A stretch of DNA of 64,000 nucleotides from a virus. Its lineage: Duplodnaviria > Caudoviricetes. The notes below the pieces were generated by a model. The model ran no database searches, had not been told where the DNA came from, and saw nothing but the letters and a program-made list of their open reading frames with translations. Location: positions 1 to 64,000 of IMG/VR virus record IMGVR_UViG_2765235998_000001, one strand, 5' to 3'. Both the position numbers and the translations under genes were made by a program. Below are positions 18,173 to 27,231 of this stretch, piece by piece. The first letter of the stretch is position 1, and each line of letters begins with the position of its first letter.

Positions 18173-19552
18173 TTGCGTTCCCGCAAGCCCGTCAACGAAG
18201 GCAGGTCCATAGTGCAGCACGCGGCACCCTCTTGTCAGCTTGGCGCTTCTCACGCGCCCGAAAAGCGAGCAATCTCCCCCCAATCAGGCGGCACCCAGTG
18301 CCTCACCACCCCCCTCGTACACGGCACCGCGCGCCAGTCCATCGACCACACGGCATCCCGCAAGACGGGCCCGCGACGTTGGCTGCGGGCGGTCCGGTGG
18401 CTCATCGAGGCCGGCCTCCACCCCAAGGCGAACGCCACCACTTTGAAGGCCGCCGAGGACCTCGCCCAGCGGATGGACTACGACACCGGGCACGTCCTCT
18501 ACCGCGAGGCCGACATGGTCGCCCGCACCGGGATCTCCCGCGCCAACCTCTACCGGCACGTGAGCTACCTCCGGGAGCTCGGCGCGCTCGCCTGGGTCCA
18601 GCACGGCTCCCGCATGAACCGTCTGGCTGCAATGGGTCTCAAGGGCTACGCGGGCACCGCGACCGTGTACGCGGGCGTGATCCCGCCCGTCTTCGACCAC
18701 GCCATGGGCCACACGATCGTCGGCACCGGATACAGCGCGCGGGTCATCGTGGACCTCCGGAAGCGCCCTACCCGCCCTGTGGATACTGCCGGTAACGCGC
18801 CTGTGGATAACTCTGGCTCTGAGGGCCTTGAGACCCCTTCCCTAGCGGTAGTTAAGGAAGTGGGTCAGGTTGATCTAGTGGGTGGTTTTACTACTACCGC
18901 AACGCGGACGCGAAACGACTCCGCCCCCACCCAGACCCCAAAGCGCAGCAAGAAGCGGGCCACGATCCTCGGCAACACCGTCACCGCCGCCGGAATCCAC
19001 CTCGGCGACAAACTCGCCCGGGCCATCCGCAGCCGCGTCCCCTGGACCCGCAAAGCCACCCACGACCAGCTGCGGTGGGTGTGCGCCGACATGGCCGAGC
19101 AGCAGTGGACCGAGGACCAGGCCGTCCGCTTCGTCGTCGACGCCGGCCACACCCACAAGGCCGGATACACGTGGGAACCCGCCCGACCCCACCGGTTGAT
19201 TGCCGCCGAGCTGTACGCCGCCGCCGAACGCCAGGAGCAGGACCAGCAGACCCGCGAGGCCCTTGCCGCGGCGATTCCGTGGGAGGAGTCCACGGCCTAC
19301 CGCAAGCAGCAGGCCGCCCGCGCCGCCCTGGCCGCTCTCCTCGGTGCCCCCGAACCCGAGCCGGAGGTGAAGCAGGCGTACACCGCGGAGGACCGGGAGT
19401 ACGCCCGCCTCTACGGCTGGGAGCAGTGGGAGGAAGTCGCCGACCACCTCGCCGAGGACCAGGACGACGCCATCGACCTGTACGGCGAGGACATCTGCAA
19501 GTTCGCCATCAGCAAGCAGGCCCTTCTCGAGCGCCGGGGAGCATGGGTATGA
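18173..19552 (+). CDS. Plasmid-type replication initiator with winged HTH (start uncertain)
   Basis: DY.TGHV.Y...M..RTG.SR..LYRHV..LRELG.L.WV..G wHTH; internal DnaA boxes; followed by dciA and parA. Confidence 0.65.
   Translation: MRSRKPVNEGRSIVQHAAPSCQLGASHAPEKRAISPQSGGTQCLTTPLVHGTARQSIDHTASRKTGPRRWLRAVRWLIEAGLHPKANATTLKAAEDLAQRMDYDTGHVLYREADMVARTGISRANLYRHVSYLRELGALAWVQHGSRMNRLAAMGLKGYAGTATVYAGVIPPVFDHAMGHTIVGTGYSARVIVDLRKRPTRPVDTAGNAPVDNSGSEGLETPSLAVVKEVGQVDLVGGFTTTATRTRNDSAPTQTPKRSKKRATILGNTVTAAGIHLGDKLARAIRSRVPWTRKATHDQLRWVCADMAEQQWTEDQAVRFVVDAGHTHKAGYTWEPARPHRLIAAELYAAAERQEQDQQTREALAAAIPWEESTAYRKQQAARAALAALLGAPEPEPEVKQAYTAEDREYARLYGWEQWEEVADHLAEDQDDAIDLYGEDICKFAISKQALLERRGAWV
18778..18900. 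promoter_or_regulatory. Putative replication origin: two DnaA boxes plus a lower-GC segment
   Basis: TGTGGATAC (18778-18786), perfect TGTGGATAA (18802-18810), then relatively AT-rich 18840-18900. Confidence 0.65.
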
Positions 19553-20232
19553 CCGAGCCCGCCCTCAACACCGAACTGGTCGCCGCATGGGCGTCCCTGC
19601 TTCGACAGCCGCACGGCTCGTACGGGTGGACGCCGGCCTGGTTCGACGAGACTCGCGGTCTCCTGGTCGTGGAGTGCATCAACACGGCCTGGCTGACGCA
19701 GCTACGCCTTGCCGCGCCGAAGATGGCGGAGAAACTGAACACCGCGCTCCCCGCGCCGATCATCAAGAAGGTCGTCGGCTGCATCCAGGAAGTCCACGTG
19801 CTGGTCACCGGATCACGTACGTGGGACGACCACCAGGCCGTAGCCAACGCCCTCCTGGACGCCTGGCACGACGCCGTGCAGACCGTCTCCCCCGAAGTCC
19901 ACTTCACCGTCGTTCACGGCGACTGCCCAAGTGGCGCCGACGCCATCGCTAAGCAGTGGGCCATCGACAACCGGGTGTTCCACCACGCGGTCCCCGCCGA
20001 CTGGGCAGGGCCCTGCACGCCCGACTGCCCGCCCACACCGCACCGGAAGACGTCTCGGCGCGGCGAGTACTGCCCCCTGGCCGGCCATCACCGTAATCAG
20101 CTGATGGTCGACATGGGCATCGATCTGGTCTTGGCCTTCCGGCGCAACAACTCCCGCGGCACCACCGACTGCATCAACCGCGCCAAGAGCGCTGGAATCC
20201 CCGTCCGAATCCTGGAGGACCAGCATGGCTGA
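19549..20232 (+). CDS. DciA(DUF721)-like domain fused to a SLOG (DUF2493/YspA-like) domain
   Basis: G.L.V.C..TAW.TQLRL....M.EKLN, then VLVTGSR.W.D, VVHG.C..GAD, RNQ.MVD, S.GT..C. Confidence 0.75.
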   Translation: MTEPALNTELVAAWASLLRQPHGSYGWTPAWFDETRGLLVVECINTAWLTQLRLAAPKMAEKLNTALPAPIIKKVVGCIQEVHVLVTGSRTWDDHQAVANALLDAWHDAVQTVSPEVHFTVVHGDCPSGADAIAKQWAIDNRVFHHAVPADWAGPCTPDCPPTPHRKTSRRGEYCPLAGHHRNQLMVDMGIDLVLAFRRNNSRGTTDCINRAKSAGIPVRILEDQHG

Positions 20233-21019
20233 CACCCCGCAGGCGTCCGGGGCCGACCTCGCCCGCCAGGCGCTGGCCGCCGCCCGCGCCAACGCCCAGA
20301 ACACCCCCACCCCGCAGGCGAAGAAGACCCGCCCCACCATCCGCGCCCACCGCGGCGAACGATCCGACCCGACCGGACTCGCCGGCATCCTCGCCAAGCT
20401 CACCGCCGAACAAGGCTGGAACAACAACCTCGACGGCGGCAGCATCCTCGCCCAGTGGCCCACCCTCTGCCCCCAGTACGTCGGCCTCGTCCAGGCCGTC
20501 GCCTACGACGACGAACGCGGCCGCCTCGACCTCCGCCCCGGCAGCCACGCCTACGCCGCCCAACTCCGCCTCCTCGGCGGCCAGCTCGCCAAACAGATCA
20601 ACGACAAGCTCGGCCGGCCCGTCGTCCGCACCATCCGCGTCCTGCCCGTCGGGAACATCACCACCACCCAGACCGCGGCCGCCGAACCCGGCTGGGCCGA
20701 TGCGGAGGCGCCGGTGCGGACCCGGGAAGACGGCTGCCCCGGCTACCAGAACAACCGCGCCATCGCCCTCGAGCACAAACCCGAACCGCCCCCGGTCAAC
20801 CCGTACGTCCAGGAGGCCATGGCCCGCCAGGAGAACGCCCTCCGCGCCGGACGCCAACCCGAGACCGAGCACCGTGACGCCGTGTGGGCGCAGGACGACG
20901 CCGCACGGAAAGCCGGCCCGGCGCCGGGCAGTGTGGAGGAGTCCCTGGCCCGCGCACGCGCCTACGCCCGCCAGCAGCGTGCCGGACGCGCACCCCGCCA
21001 AGCCTTCGACGTCGCCTGA
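20225..21019 (+). CDS. dciA: DciA-family helicase loader (DUF721)
   Basis: SG.DLAR.AL.AAR, DP..L..IL..L....GW, W..., AYA.QLRLL..QL...IN..LG..VV..I.V. Confidence 0.8.
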   Translation: MADTPQASGADLARQALAAARANAQNTPTPQAKKTRPTIRAHRGERSDPTGLAGILAKLTAEQGWNNNLDGGSILAQWPTLCPQYVGLVQAVAYDDERGRLDLRPGSHAYAAQLRLLGGQLAKQINDKLGRPVVRTIRVLPVGNITTTQTAAAEPGWADAEAPVRTREDGCPGYQNNRAIALEHKPEPPPVNPYVQEAMARQENALRAGRQPETEHRDAVWAQDDAARKAGPAPGSVEESLARARAYARQQRAGRAPRQAFDVA

Positions 21020-21089
21020 GCGGGGGCAACACCAGGCGGAATCTGGTGCACCGTGTACGTGATCACACTGCACGAACGGAGCCGCACTC

Positions 21090-21263
21090 ATGCTCGCACT
21101 GGCTGACCCGCCACCCCCGCAGACCGAACCCGAGACCGCCCTCATCCCCGGCCTCGCCTACAGCCCCGAGTGGCATCGCGAGCAGGAGGACATGGAGAGG
21201 GTCTGGCTGGACGCGTACGTCCGCTGGAGCCTGCGCATCAAGCAGCAGTCCGAGCGCGGCTAG
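21090..21263 (+). CDS. Small hypothetical protein
   Basis: 57 codons, RBS GGAG. Confidence 0.45.
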   Translation: MLALADPPPPQTEPETALIPGLAYSPEWHREQEDMERVWLDAYVRWSLRIKQQSERG

Positions 21264-21275
21264 GAGAGGAACACC

Positions 21276-21440
21276 ATGCAGACCACCACCCCTACCGTCG
21301 CGGCCCCGCGCGTGCGCCCGCTCTGGGAACGGTCCGAGCTGTTCCGCGAGCCCACCTACGACCCCACCATCACCCTCGACGACCAGGACGACAACGGGAG
21401 CGACAGCGAGGACGACGAGCCGCGCACTAGCGCGCGCTGA
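21276..21440 (+). CDS. Small acidic hypothetical protein
   Basis: 54 codons, RBS GGAGAGGA. Confidence 0.45.
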   Translation: MQTTTPTVAAPRVRPLWERSELFREPTYDPTITLDDQDDNGSDSEDDEPRTSAR

Positions 21441-21562
21441 CGTCCACTCAACCCCTAGCTAGGTAAAGGGCTAGCAATCACGCTAGGGGTCGCCCTAGCG
21501 GTCGTCCTATATAGCGCGCTAGTGGTCACGCCATAAGACGCGCTATGCCCCTCGCCCTCTAG
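21427..21562. repeat. Putative parS centromere: CTAG/CTAT boxes at 12-bp period
   Basis: Boxes start at 21459, 21471, 21483, 21495, 21507, 21519 and 21543, directly upstream of parA. Confidence 0.7.
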
Positions 21563-21665
21563 CAGCTCTTCGCCCGCCACTGCCGGGGTGTCCCGAGCCT
21601 CGCCATGATCACCGTGTAGGTTCGTGCGCCGAGACCTCACCCACACCCGGCAGGAAGGCGCCCCC

Positions 21666-22646
21666 ATGGCCACTATCGAAGTCCCGCTCACCCTGATGAA
21701 CCTGGACGGGGTGAAACGCGCCATCGATCGCCGCTACACCCTCATCGACTCCGGCCAGCACGACCCCAAGGTCATCGCCGTCGTCAACGGCAAGGGCGGC
21801 GTCGGCAAATCATCCCTGTCCTCCGCCTTCGGAGTCGCCCTGGCCAAACTCGGTCACAAGGTTCTGCTGATCGAGCTGGACGAGCAGGGCAACAACTGCG
21901 AAGACCTCGGCATCTCCAACACCGCCCTGAACGACGGGGGTACCGCGCAGGCCTCCGCCATCATCGAGGGCAAGCCGCTTGCCCCGACCGGCGAGGCGCG
22001 CCCCAACCTGCACGTCGTTCCGGGCGGCGAAGAGCTCGAAGAGATCATCGAAGAGCTGTACTGCCAGCGCCGCGCCGGCAAGCGACACAGCGATCCCGAC
22101 GACCGAGACGCCTGGATGGGCATCTACGCTGCCGCTCTCGATGCCGTGCGCGACGACTACGACCTCATCATCCTCGACGTTGCCCCCGGCTCCGACGTCC
22201 TCCAGCTCGCCGCCCTGGTCGCCGCCGACTATGTCCTCATCCCCTCCAAGTCCGACCCCTCGAGCAGAAAGGGCCTACGCGCCGTCGCCAAGCGCTTCGC
22301 CCGCGCCAAAGAGATCAATGACATTCTCCAGCTGCTCGGCGTCGTCCTGTTCGCCACGAACTCCTCCGCGACCAAGGTCCAGGAGAAGATCCGCGAACAC
22401 CTCGAAGACGACCTGAAGGGCACCGCACCGCTCTTCGAGCAGACCATCCGCCACGTCGAAGCTGCCGCCGTGGAGGCGCGCCTGCACGGCAAGGTTCCGC
22501 AGGAACTACGCACTTCAAAGGAGCTGTCACCTCCGTTGCTGAAGAGCATGAAGGCTCTGGCCGGCGACTACCAGTCGCTCACGATGGAGGTCTTGCAGGA
22601 GATGACGGCCCGCCGCGAGAAGGCAGAAGCGGGTGAGGGTGCGTGA
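21666..22646 (+). CDS. parA: ParA partition ATPase
   Basis: Deviant Walker A KGGVGKS, ELDEQGN, YDLIILDVAP, AADYVLIP. Confidence 0.93.
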   Translation: MATIEVPLTLMNLDGVKRAIDRRYTLIDSGQHDPKVIAVVNGKGGVGKSSLSSAFGVALAKLGHKVLLIELDEQGNNCEDLGISNTALNDGGTAQASAIIEGKPLAPTGEARPNLHVVPGGEELEEIIEELYCQRRAGKRHSDPDDRDAWMGIYAAALDAVRDDYDLIILDVAPGSDVLQLAALVAADYVLIPSKSDPSSRKGLRAVAKRFARAKEINDILQLLGVVLFATNSSATKVQEKIREHLEDDLKGTAPLFEQTIRHVEAAAVEARLHGKVPQELRTSKELSPPLLKSMKALAGDYQSLTMEVLQEMTARREKAEAGEGA

Positions 22647-23572
22647 GCGACACCAAGAAGCACGTCAACAGCGAGCTCCCGGACCAGGACGCGCTTGCCG
22701 CGTTCGCTACCTCTGCCCTCGGCCCGGGACGCCGGCGCCGCCGCGCCCAGGCCGCCGACAGCGCCGCTCCCGCGTCCGGCGCTCCAGCCGTGGATGACGC
22801 GGCCCAGGATCCGGAGAAGGAGGCGGAGCAGGCTGCCCCGGACGCCGCCACCGAGGCGCCCACCACTCCGGTGGCCGCGGCCAAGGAGCCTGAGCCGGAT
22901 CCAGAACCGGCGGCCCGCCCCGAGCCGTCCGCGCCGGCACCAGCAGCCACGGTGCCCACGCCGACCCGGGCGCCCGACACCGAGCCGACAGCCTCACCTC
23001 GAGTCGAAGAGGCGGCGCCCGCCGCGCCCGGGCGTGAGGTCGACGTCCGGGCGGTATCGGTGCCCAGCACCCGCACCCCCGTACCCCCCGGCCTCCAGGG
23101 CGGACCCGTCGAAGTCCGGGTCCCCGCCCTCGGCCCGGCCGGCGTCCGCGCCACCCAGTGCACCGTCATGGTCAGCAACAGCGTCCGCGACCGGTTCGCC
23201 CACTACCAGCTGGCCAAGAAGATGGCGGGGGAGAAGGAGCCCTCCAACGCCCTGGTCGTGCGCCGCGCCTTCCTGTACTGCAAGCGCAAGGACCTGTTCG
23301 TCGCCCTCCTCACCGACGTGTACCAACAGAACAACGCCGTCGACGAAGAGGACTACGACGAAGACGGCATGCTCGGCGAGGTCGTCGACCGGCGTGTGGT
23401 GCGCGGCCGGCTCAAGGACTCCGGGCAGCAGTCGTTCAGGCCCTCGGAGCAGGAGCTGGTGACGTACGACGCCTACAGCCAGGCGTACGGCTTCCCGTCC
23501 CGCTCCGACTTCCTGGGAGCGGTCCTGGACGCCTTCCTGCCCCAACTGCCCGCAGCGGGCCGCCGGAAGTAG
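22643..23572 (+). CDS. Putative centromere-binding partition adaptor (type Ib)
   Basis: GTGA-coupled to parA; disordered Pro/Ala N-terminus, RHH-like C-terminus (SRSDFL.AVLD.FL). Confidence 0.6.
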   Translation: MSDTKKHVNSELPDQDALAAFATSALGPGRRRRRAQAADSAAPASGAPAVDDAAQDPEKEAEQAAPDAATEAPTTPVAAAKEPEPDPEPAARPEPSAPAPAATVPTPTRAPDTEPTASPRVEEAAPAAPGREVDVRAVSVPSTRTPVPPGLQGGPVEVRVPALGPAGVRATQCTVMVSNSVRDRFAHYQLAKKMAGEKEPSNALVVRRAFLYCKRKDLFVALLTDVYQQNNAVDEEDYDEDGMLGEVVDRRVVRGRLKDSGQQSFRPSEQELVTYDAYSQAYGFPSRSDFLGAVLDAFLPQLPAAGRRK

Positions 23573-23584
23573 CGAACGGGACGC

Positions 23585-23627
23585 ACGGTCCCGCATTCCG
23601 TTTCACACGGGGTGCGGGACCGTTTTT
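23585..23627 (+). terminator. Intrinsic terminator after the par operon
   Basis: ACGGTCCCGCATTCCG...CGGGGTGCGGGACCGT followed by TTTT. Confidence 0.8.
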
Positions 23628-24346
23628 GCAGGTCACCCAACCTGTTTGACTGATATTCAAATGTCCCGGTTGCCGGGGTTTTGCCGTCACCCACACGAGT
23701 GATCTTCCCCCGGCCCCCTTCCCCTCGCATATATCCGGGCGTTGGGTGGAAATCGCTGCCAGCCCTGGGGACTGGTAGTCGCACGGCCGGGAGGCCGCGT
23801 GTGGTTCGCAGCCCACCGCGGCGCATCCCGGCCCACGCGCAACAGCCACCCCCCACACCCGGCCCCGCACCGCGACGCCAGTCCCCCCACCTGCCCGTAC
23901 AACCCGGCGGGAAAGAACCCTTCCCGCGTAAAGAGATCGGGGATTAGACTCCTGGTCTATCGACCGGGCGTGTGCCCGCGAGGTCTCAAAGGCCCTTCCC
24001 TCATCGGGGGGAGGGCTTTCCTCATGCCCCGGGCCCACACCCCACGGCCCGGCAACAAACACGACGACAGGCCGGACCATCACCCGGCCTCCACACCCCA
24101 AACACGGACCCGTCACTTCATGGTGTCCTGATGTCAACACACCGTCAGCCTCAGGCCAAACTGTCCAGAATAGGCCGCCAAAACCCAGCCATGCCTTACC
24201 CACGGACACACGGAGGTGCAACAGTGGCAGTCCCGCACGCCGGACTGGCAGCTGGCGACAGCGGGATACGGGGCCCGGCCAGCACGCCGACATTGTCCGG
24301 GCTGACGAGGACCCTTCCCATCTGCCGGAGGAGCGGAGACGCCTCC

Positions 24347-24715
24347 ATGTCCGCAGCAGAGCCGACCCATTCGGGCCCTGACCATGCCCTGATGGCCACA
24401 GTGACCCCGATCGTCCGTACGGCGGCCCGCCCCCCGCGCCGGGAGAAGCGCAGGGAGGCGCTACGCGTGCCGCAGCAGCCCACATCCGATCTCACCCCGC
24501 ACGAGAAACTCGCCGCGACCGTCGAGGACCTTTTCGCCAAACACGGCCGGTCACTCACGGACCAGGAGACCGCGGAGGACTTCCTGATCACCTTGCAGGC
24601 GGTGCGCATCATGCTGAGGGGTGCGCGCGAGCAGGGACTGGTGGGCGAGGAGGCGTACAAGGACCTGGACGTGATGCTGGAGGGCATGATGACCGCGCCC
24701 GGTCTGCTGGTGTGA
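24347..24715 (+). CDS. Hypothetical protein
   Basis: C-terminal part of ORF 23972..24715 has protein-like composition; RBS GGAG. Confidence 0.6.
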   Translation: MSAAEPTHSGPDHALMATVTPIVRTAARPPRREKRREALRVPQQPTSDLTPHEKLAATVEDLFAKHGRSLTDQETAEDFLITLQAVRIMLRGAREQGLVGEEAYKDLDVMLEGMMTAPGLLV

Positions 24716-24964
24716 CCAGCGGCGCGACCTGATTGTCCGAATACGCCTGGGGTTATCTGTTCTTCACAAACATGACGAAACCGTAACAGTGTTCACGTTG
24801 CGTTGATCATTTAACACAGCCCGTTCAACTCCCGTCACACCCATGCCAGGATGGGGCGTCCGGACACCCGGAATACGCAGTTTCCGGCCAACCCGGCGCG
24901 CGCCCCCACCCGCCACGGTGCCCCCACGCGCCCCCGGGCAGGCCATGGGGAAGGGGACACCCGC

Positions 24965-25504
24965 ATGGGCCGAAACACCGCAGGCGACGCAGCAAGCGCC
25001 CTCCGTCTACTCAACAGCGAAGACCTGCGGGAGAACCCCGAACACGGCCCCCGAGAACGCCGCAGCACCAGCAGCACGCCCGGCACCCCCCTGAACGTCG
25101 GCATGGTCGACTACCTGGCCCGCACCGTCAGCGAGATCGTCGACCACGCCACCGCCGTCACCCCCGAACCGGCCCCGCTGCCCCGCCAGATCGGCGACCT
25201 GTACACCTGGTTTCTGGACCAGACCGCCGAAGCCGACGACGTGCAACGCCGCCGCCGCGACACCCTCATCGAAACCCACGCCCTGGAACACGCCATACGC
25301 CTCGGCGAAACCGAAGAGGTCTGCAAGCACCCCTGCCCCCGCTGCGGTTGCTGGGGCTTGGAATGGGACCACGGGGGTAACCGGGCGCTGTGCCTGAACC
25401 GCCGCTGCCGCACCCCAGACGGCAACGCCTCCACCTGGTCCCCGGCCCGGCTCGCCGGGCAGAAGGTCCGGCGTACGGAAATCTGGCGGCGCAACGCAAC
25501 CTGA
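24965..25504 (+). CDS. Zn-ribbon regulator-like protein (OvmZ-like)
   Basis: PLN....DY; C-terminal CPRCG..GL.......C....C.....W. Confidence 0.55.
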   Translation: MGRNTAGDAASALRLLNSEDLRENPEHGPRERRSTSSTPGTPLNVGMVDYLARTVSEIVDHATAVTPEPAPLPRQIGDLYTWFLDQTAEADDVQRRRRDTLIETHALEHAIRLGETEEVCKHPCPRCGCWGLEWDHGGNRALCLNRRCRTPDGNASTWSPARLAGQKVRRTEIWRRNAT

Positions 25505-25635
25505 CCCCCGTCTCGGCGGTCTACCTGACACGACCTACTGCACACACAACGTTCACATCCGGATCCCTTCGGGGGTCCACCCGTTACGGCCGCCGGAGCT
25601 GCGAACTGTGGTCGCCGTCCAGGGGAGGCCGCACG

Positions 25636-25902
25636 ATGGCCGCAACGCACTACAGCCCGCTCCCGTACACGCCGGGGATTGAGGACCCGGTCAGCTACAA
25701 AGAGGCCTCCGCCCTGCTCGCCCGCACCGGTCACCCGGCGTCGAAGGAGACCGTGGCCCGCTGGGTCCGCGAGGCCAACGCGGGTGAGGAGACCGTCCCG
25801 GTGGTGAAGGCCGGCCGCACCGACTACGTGTCCTGGACGGCGGTCCTCGAGCTGCACCGTGACCGGACCGCGGTGAAGCTGAGAGCCTCCTCCAACTGGT
25901 AG
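25636..25902 (+). CDS. Small MerR/excisionase-like HTH protein
   Basis: VSYKEAS.LL...G..S.ETV.RW; RBS GGAGG. Confidence 0.65.
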   Translation: MAATHYSPLPYTPGIEDPVSYKEASALLARTGHPASKETVARWVREANAGEETVPVVKAGRTDYVSWTAVLELHRDRTAVKLRASSNW

Positions 25903-25938
25903 GCCGGTCGCCCGGCCCCGCCCGGACTCCTCTGCCCT

Positions 25939-25986
25939 GAAGCCCCACCCCCGTTGCCGTTAGGAATCAGCGGCCCGGGGGTTTTC
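25939..25986 (+). terminator. Putative terminator
   Basis: GAAGCCCC...GGGGTTTTC stem just before an early promoter. Confidence 0.5.
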
Positions 25987-26005
25987 TCATGCCCACCCAC
26001 GCACA

Positions 26006-26037
26006 CCATTGCTATGCCATGGGCTATGGGTTACGGT
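26006..26037 (+). promoter_or_regulatory. Promoter/operator copy 2
   Basis: CCATTGCTATGCCATGGGCTATGGGTTACGGT (TTGCTA-N17-TACGGT). Confidence 0.8.
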
Positions 26038-26106
26038 AGTCGTATCGCAAGGCCAGCAACCCCATCGGGGCGCTGACCTCGACTTCTCACCTCACCGGAG
26101 CCACCC

Positions 26107-26466
26107 ATGGCCGTGATGACGCACGCCCGCACCCAGGCCACCACCGCCGACTACACCCAGCTCAGCCCCACCGCGCAGGCCGTCATCGACAAGGCCATGA
26201 CCGACGCCGACAACGCCACCGACACCCGCACATACACGGCCTCCATGGAGTTCGTGGCCATCGCCGCCGGCATTCCGCTCCCCGCCTCCCGCGACCTCGC
26301 CGTCTGCTCCTGCCTCACCGACGCAGGCGGCTGCGGATGCGGTGCCATCTTCGACACCGCCCTCCCCGGCCTGGTCGTCACCGCCCCCAACGACCCGGAC
26401 TGCAACCTCAGCCGCCTCCAGTGCTCGGGATGCGGCCACGACCATCCCCGCCGCATCGCCGACTGA
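26107..26466 (+). CDS. Zn-binding hypothetical protein
   Basis: CSC..GCGC..QCSGC; first gene after the promoter. Confidence 0.65.
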   Translation: MAVMTHARTQATTADYTQLSPTAQAVIDKAMTDADNATDTRTYTASMEFVAIAAGIPLPASRDLAVCSCLTDAGGCGCGAIFDTALPGLVVTAPNDPDCNLSRLQCSGCGHDHPRRIAD

Positions 26467-26542
26467 CGCACCCACAGACCTCCCGGCGGCGCGTGAAGCC
26501 CACACCGCGCCGCCGGGTGAACAACCACCAGGGGAGACCCGC

Positions 26543-26947
26543 ATGCCGAACACCGCCGCGATCCTGCGCAGAGCAGCCCGCCTCATCACCAACCAAGGAC
26601 TCCACACCGGGGAACAGTTCGCCGGCATCTACACCGGCCTCGACATCTGCGCCGCCGTCTACATCGCCGCCGAGAGCGAGTTCCCCACCGAGTTCTTCAA
26701 CGACGAGGCCACCTCCATCGCAACGATCGAGGCCAGCCCCACCGCCATGGCCGCCATCAAGGCCATCTCGGACGCCCTCGACTCCCCGGTGTGCGAGACC
26801 GCCGACCATCCCGACTACATCGAGCACGTCTCGAACTGGGCCAGCACCCGCGGACCGGGCGAGGAGAACCCGCCGACCGCGAACGAAGTCGTCGGACGCG
26901 TCCTGCGCACCGCCGACAAGGCCGACGCCCACCCCAACGCCGCCTGA
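26543..26947 (+). CDS. DUF6197-like protein
   Basis: IL.RAA.LI...G...G....DI..A ... W......T..EV...L..A. Confidence 0.6.
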   Translation: MPNTAAILRRAARLITNQGLHTGEQFAGIYTGLDICAAVYIAAESEFPTEFFNDEATSIATIEASPTAMAAIKAISDALDSPVCETADHPDYIEHVSNWASTRGPGEENPPTANEVVGRVLRTADKADAHPNAA

Positions 26948-26973
26948 CACCCCCACCCCGGAGACCACCCGCC

Positions 26974-27231
26974 ATGAGCATCACCAGCCCCGAGACGACG
27001 ACCACCAGCCCCGACGACAACCCGTCCTACCGGGACGGCCGCATCGACGGCGAACTCGCCGCCATCACCCGCCTGTCCTCCCGCCGCGCCCACGCCCGCG
27101 CCTCCATGGCCGCCCAGTACGACCAGGCCTACGCCGACGGCTACATGGACGGCTTCCTCGACCAGACCGCCGCCAACGCCGCCCACCGCCTCAAGGCGCT
27201 CCTCGCAACCAGCCGGAAGGACCCCCAGTGA
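26974..27231 (+). CDS. Hypothetical protein
   Basis: Y.DG motifs; RBS GGAG. Confidence 0.6.
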   Translation: MSITSPETTTTSPDDNPSYRDGRIDGELAAITRLSSRRAHARASMAAQYDQAYADGYMDGFLDQTAANAAHRLKALLATSRKDPQ

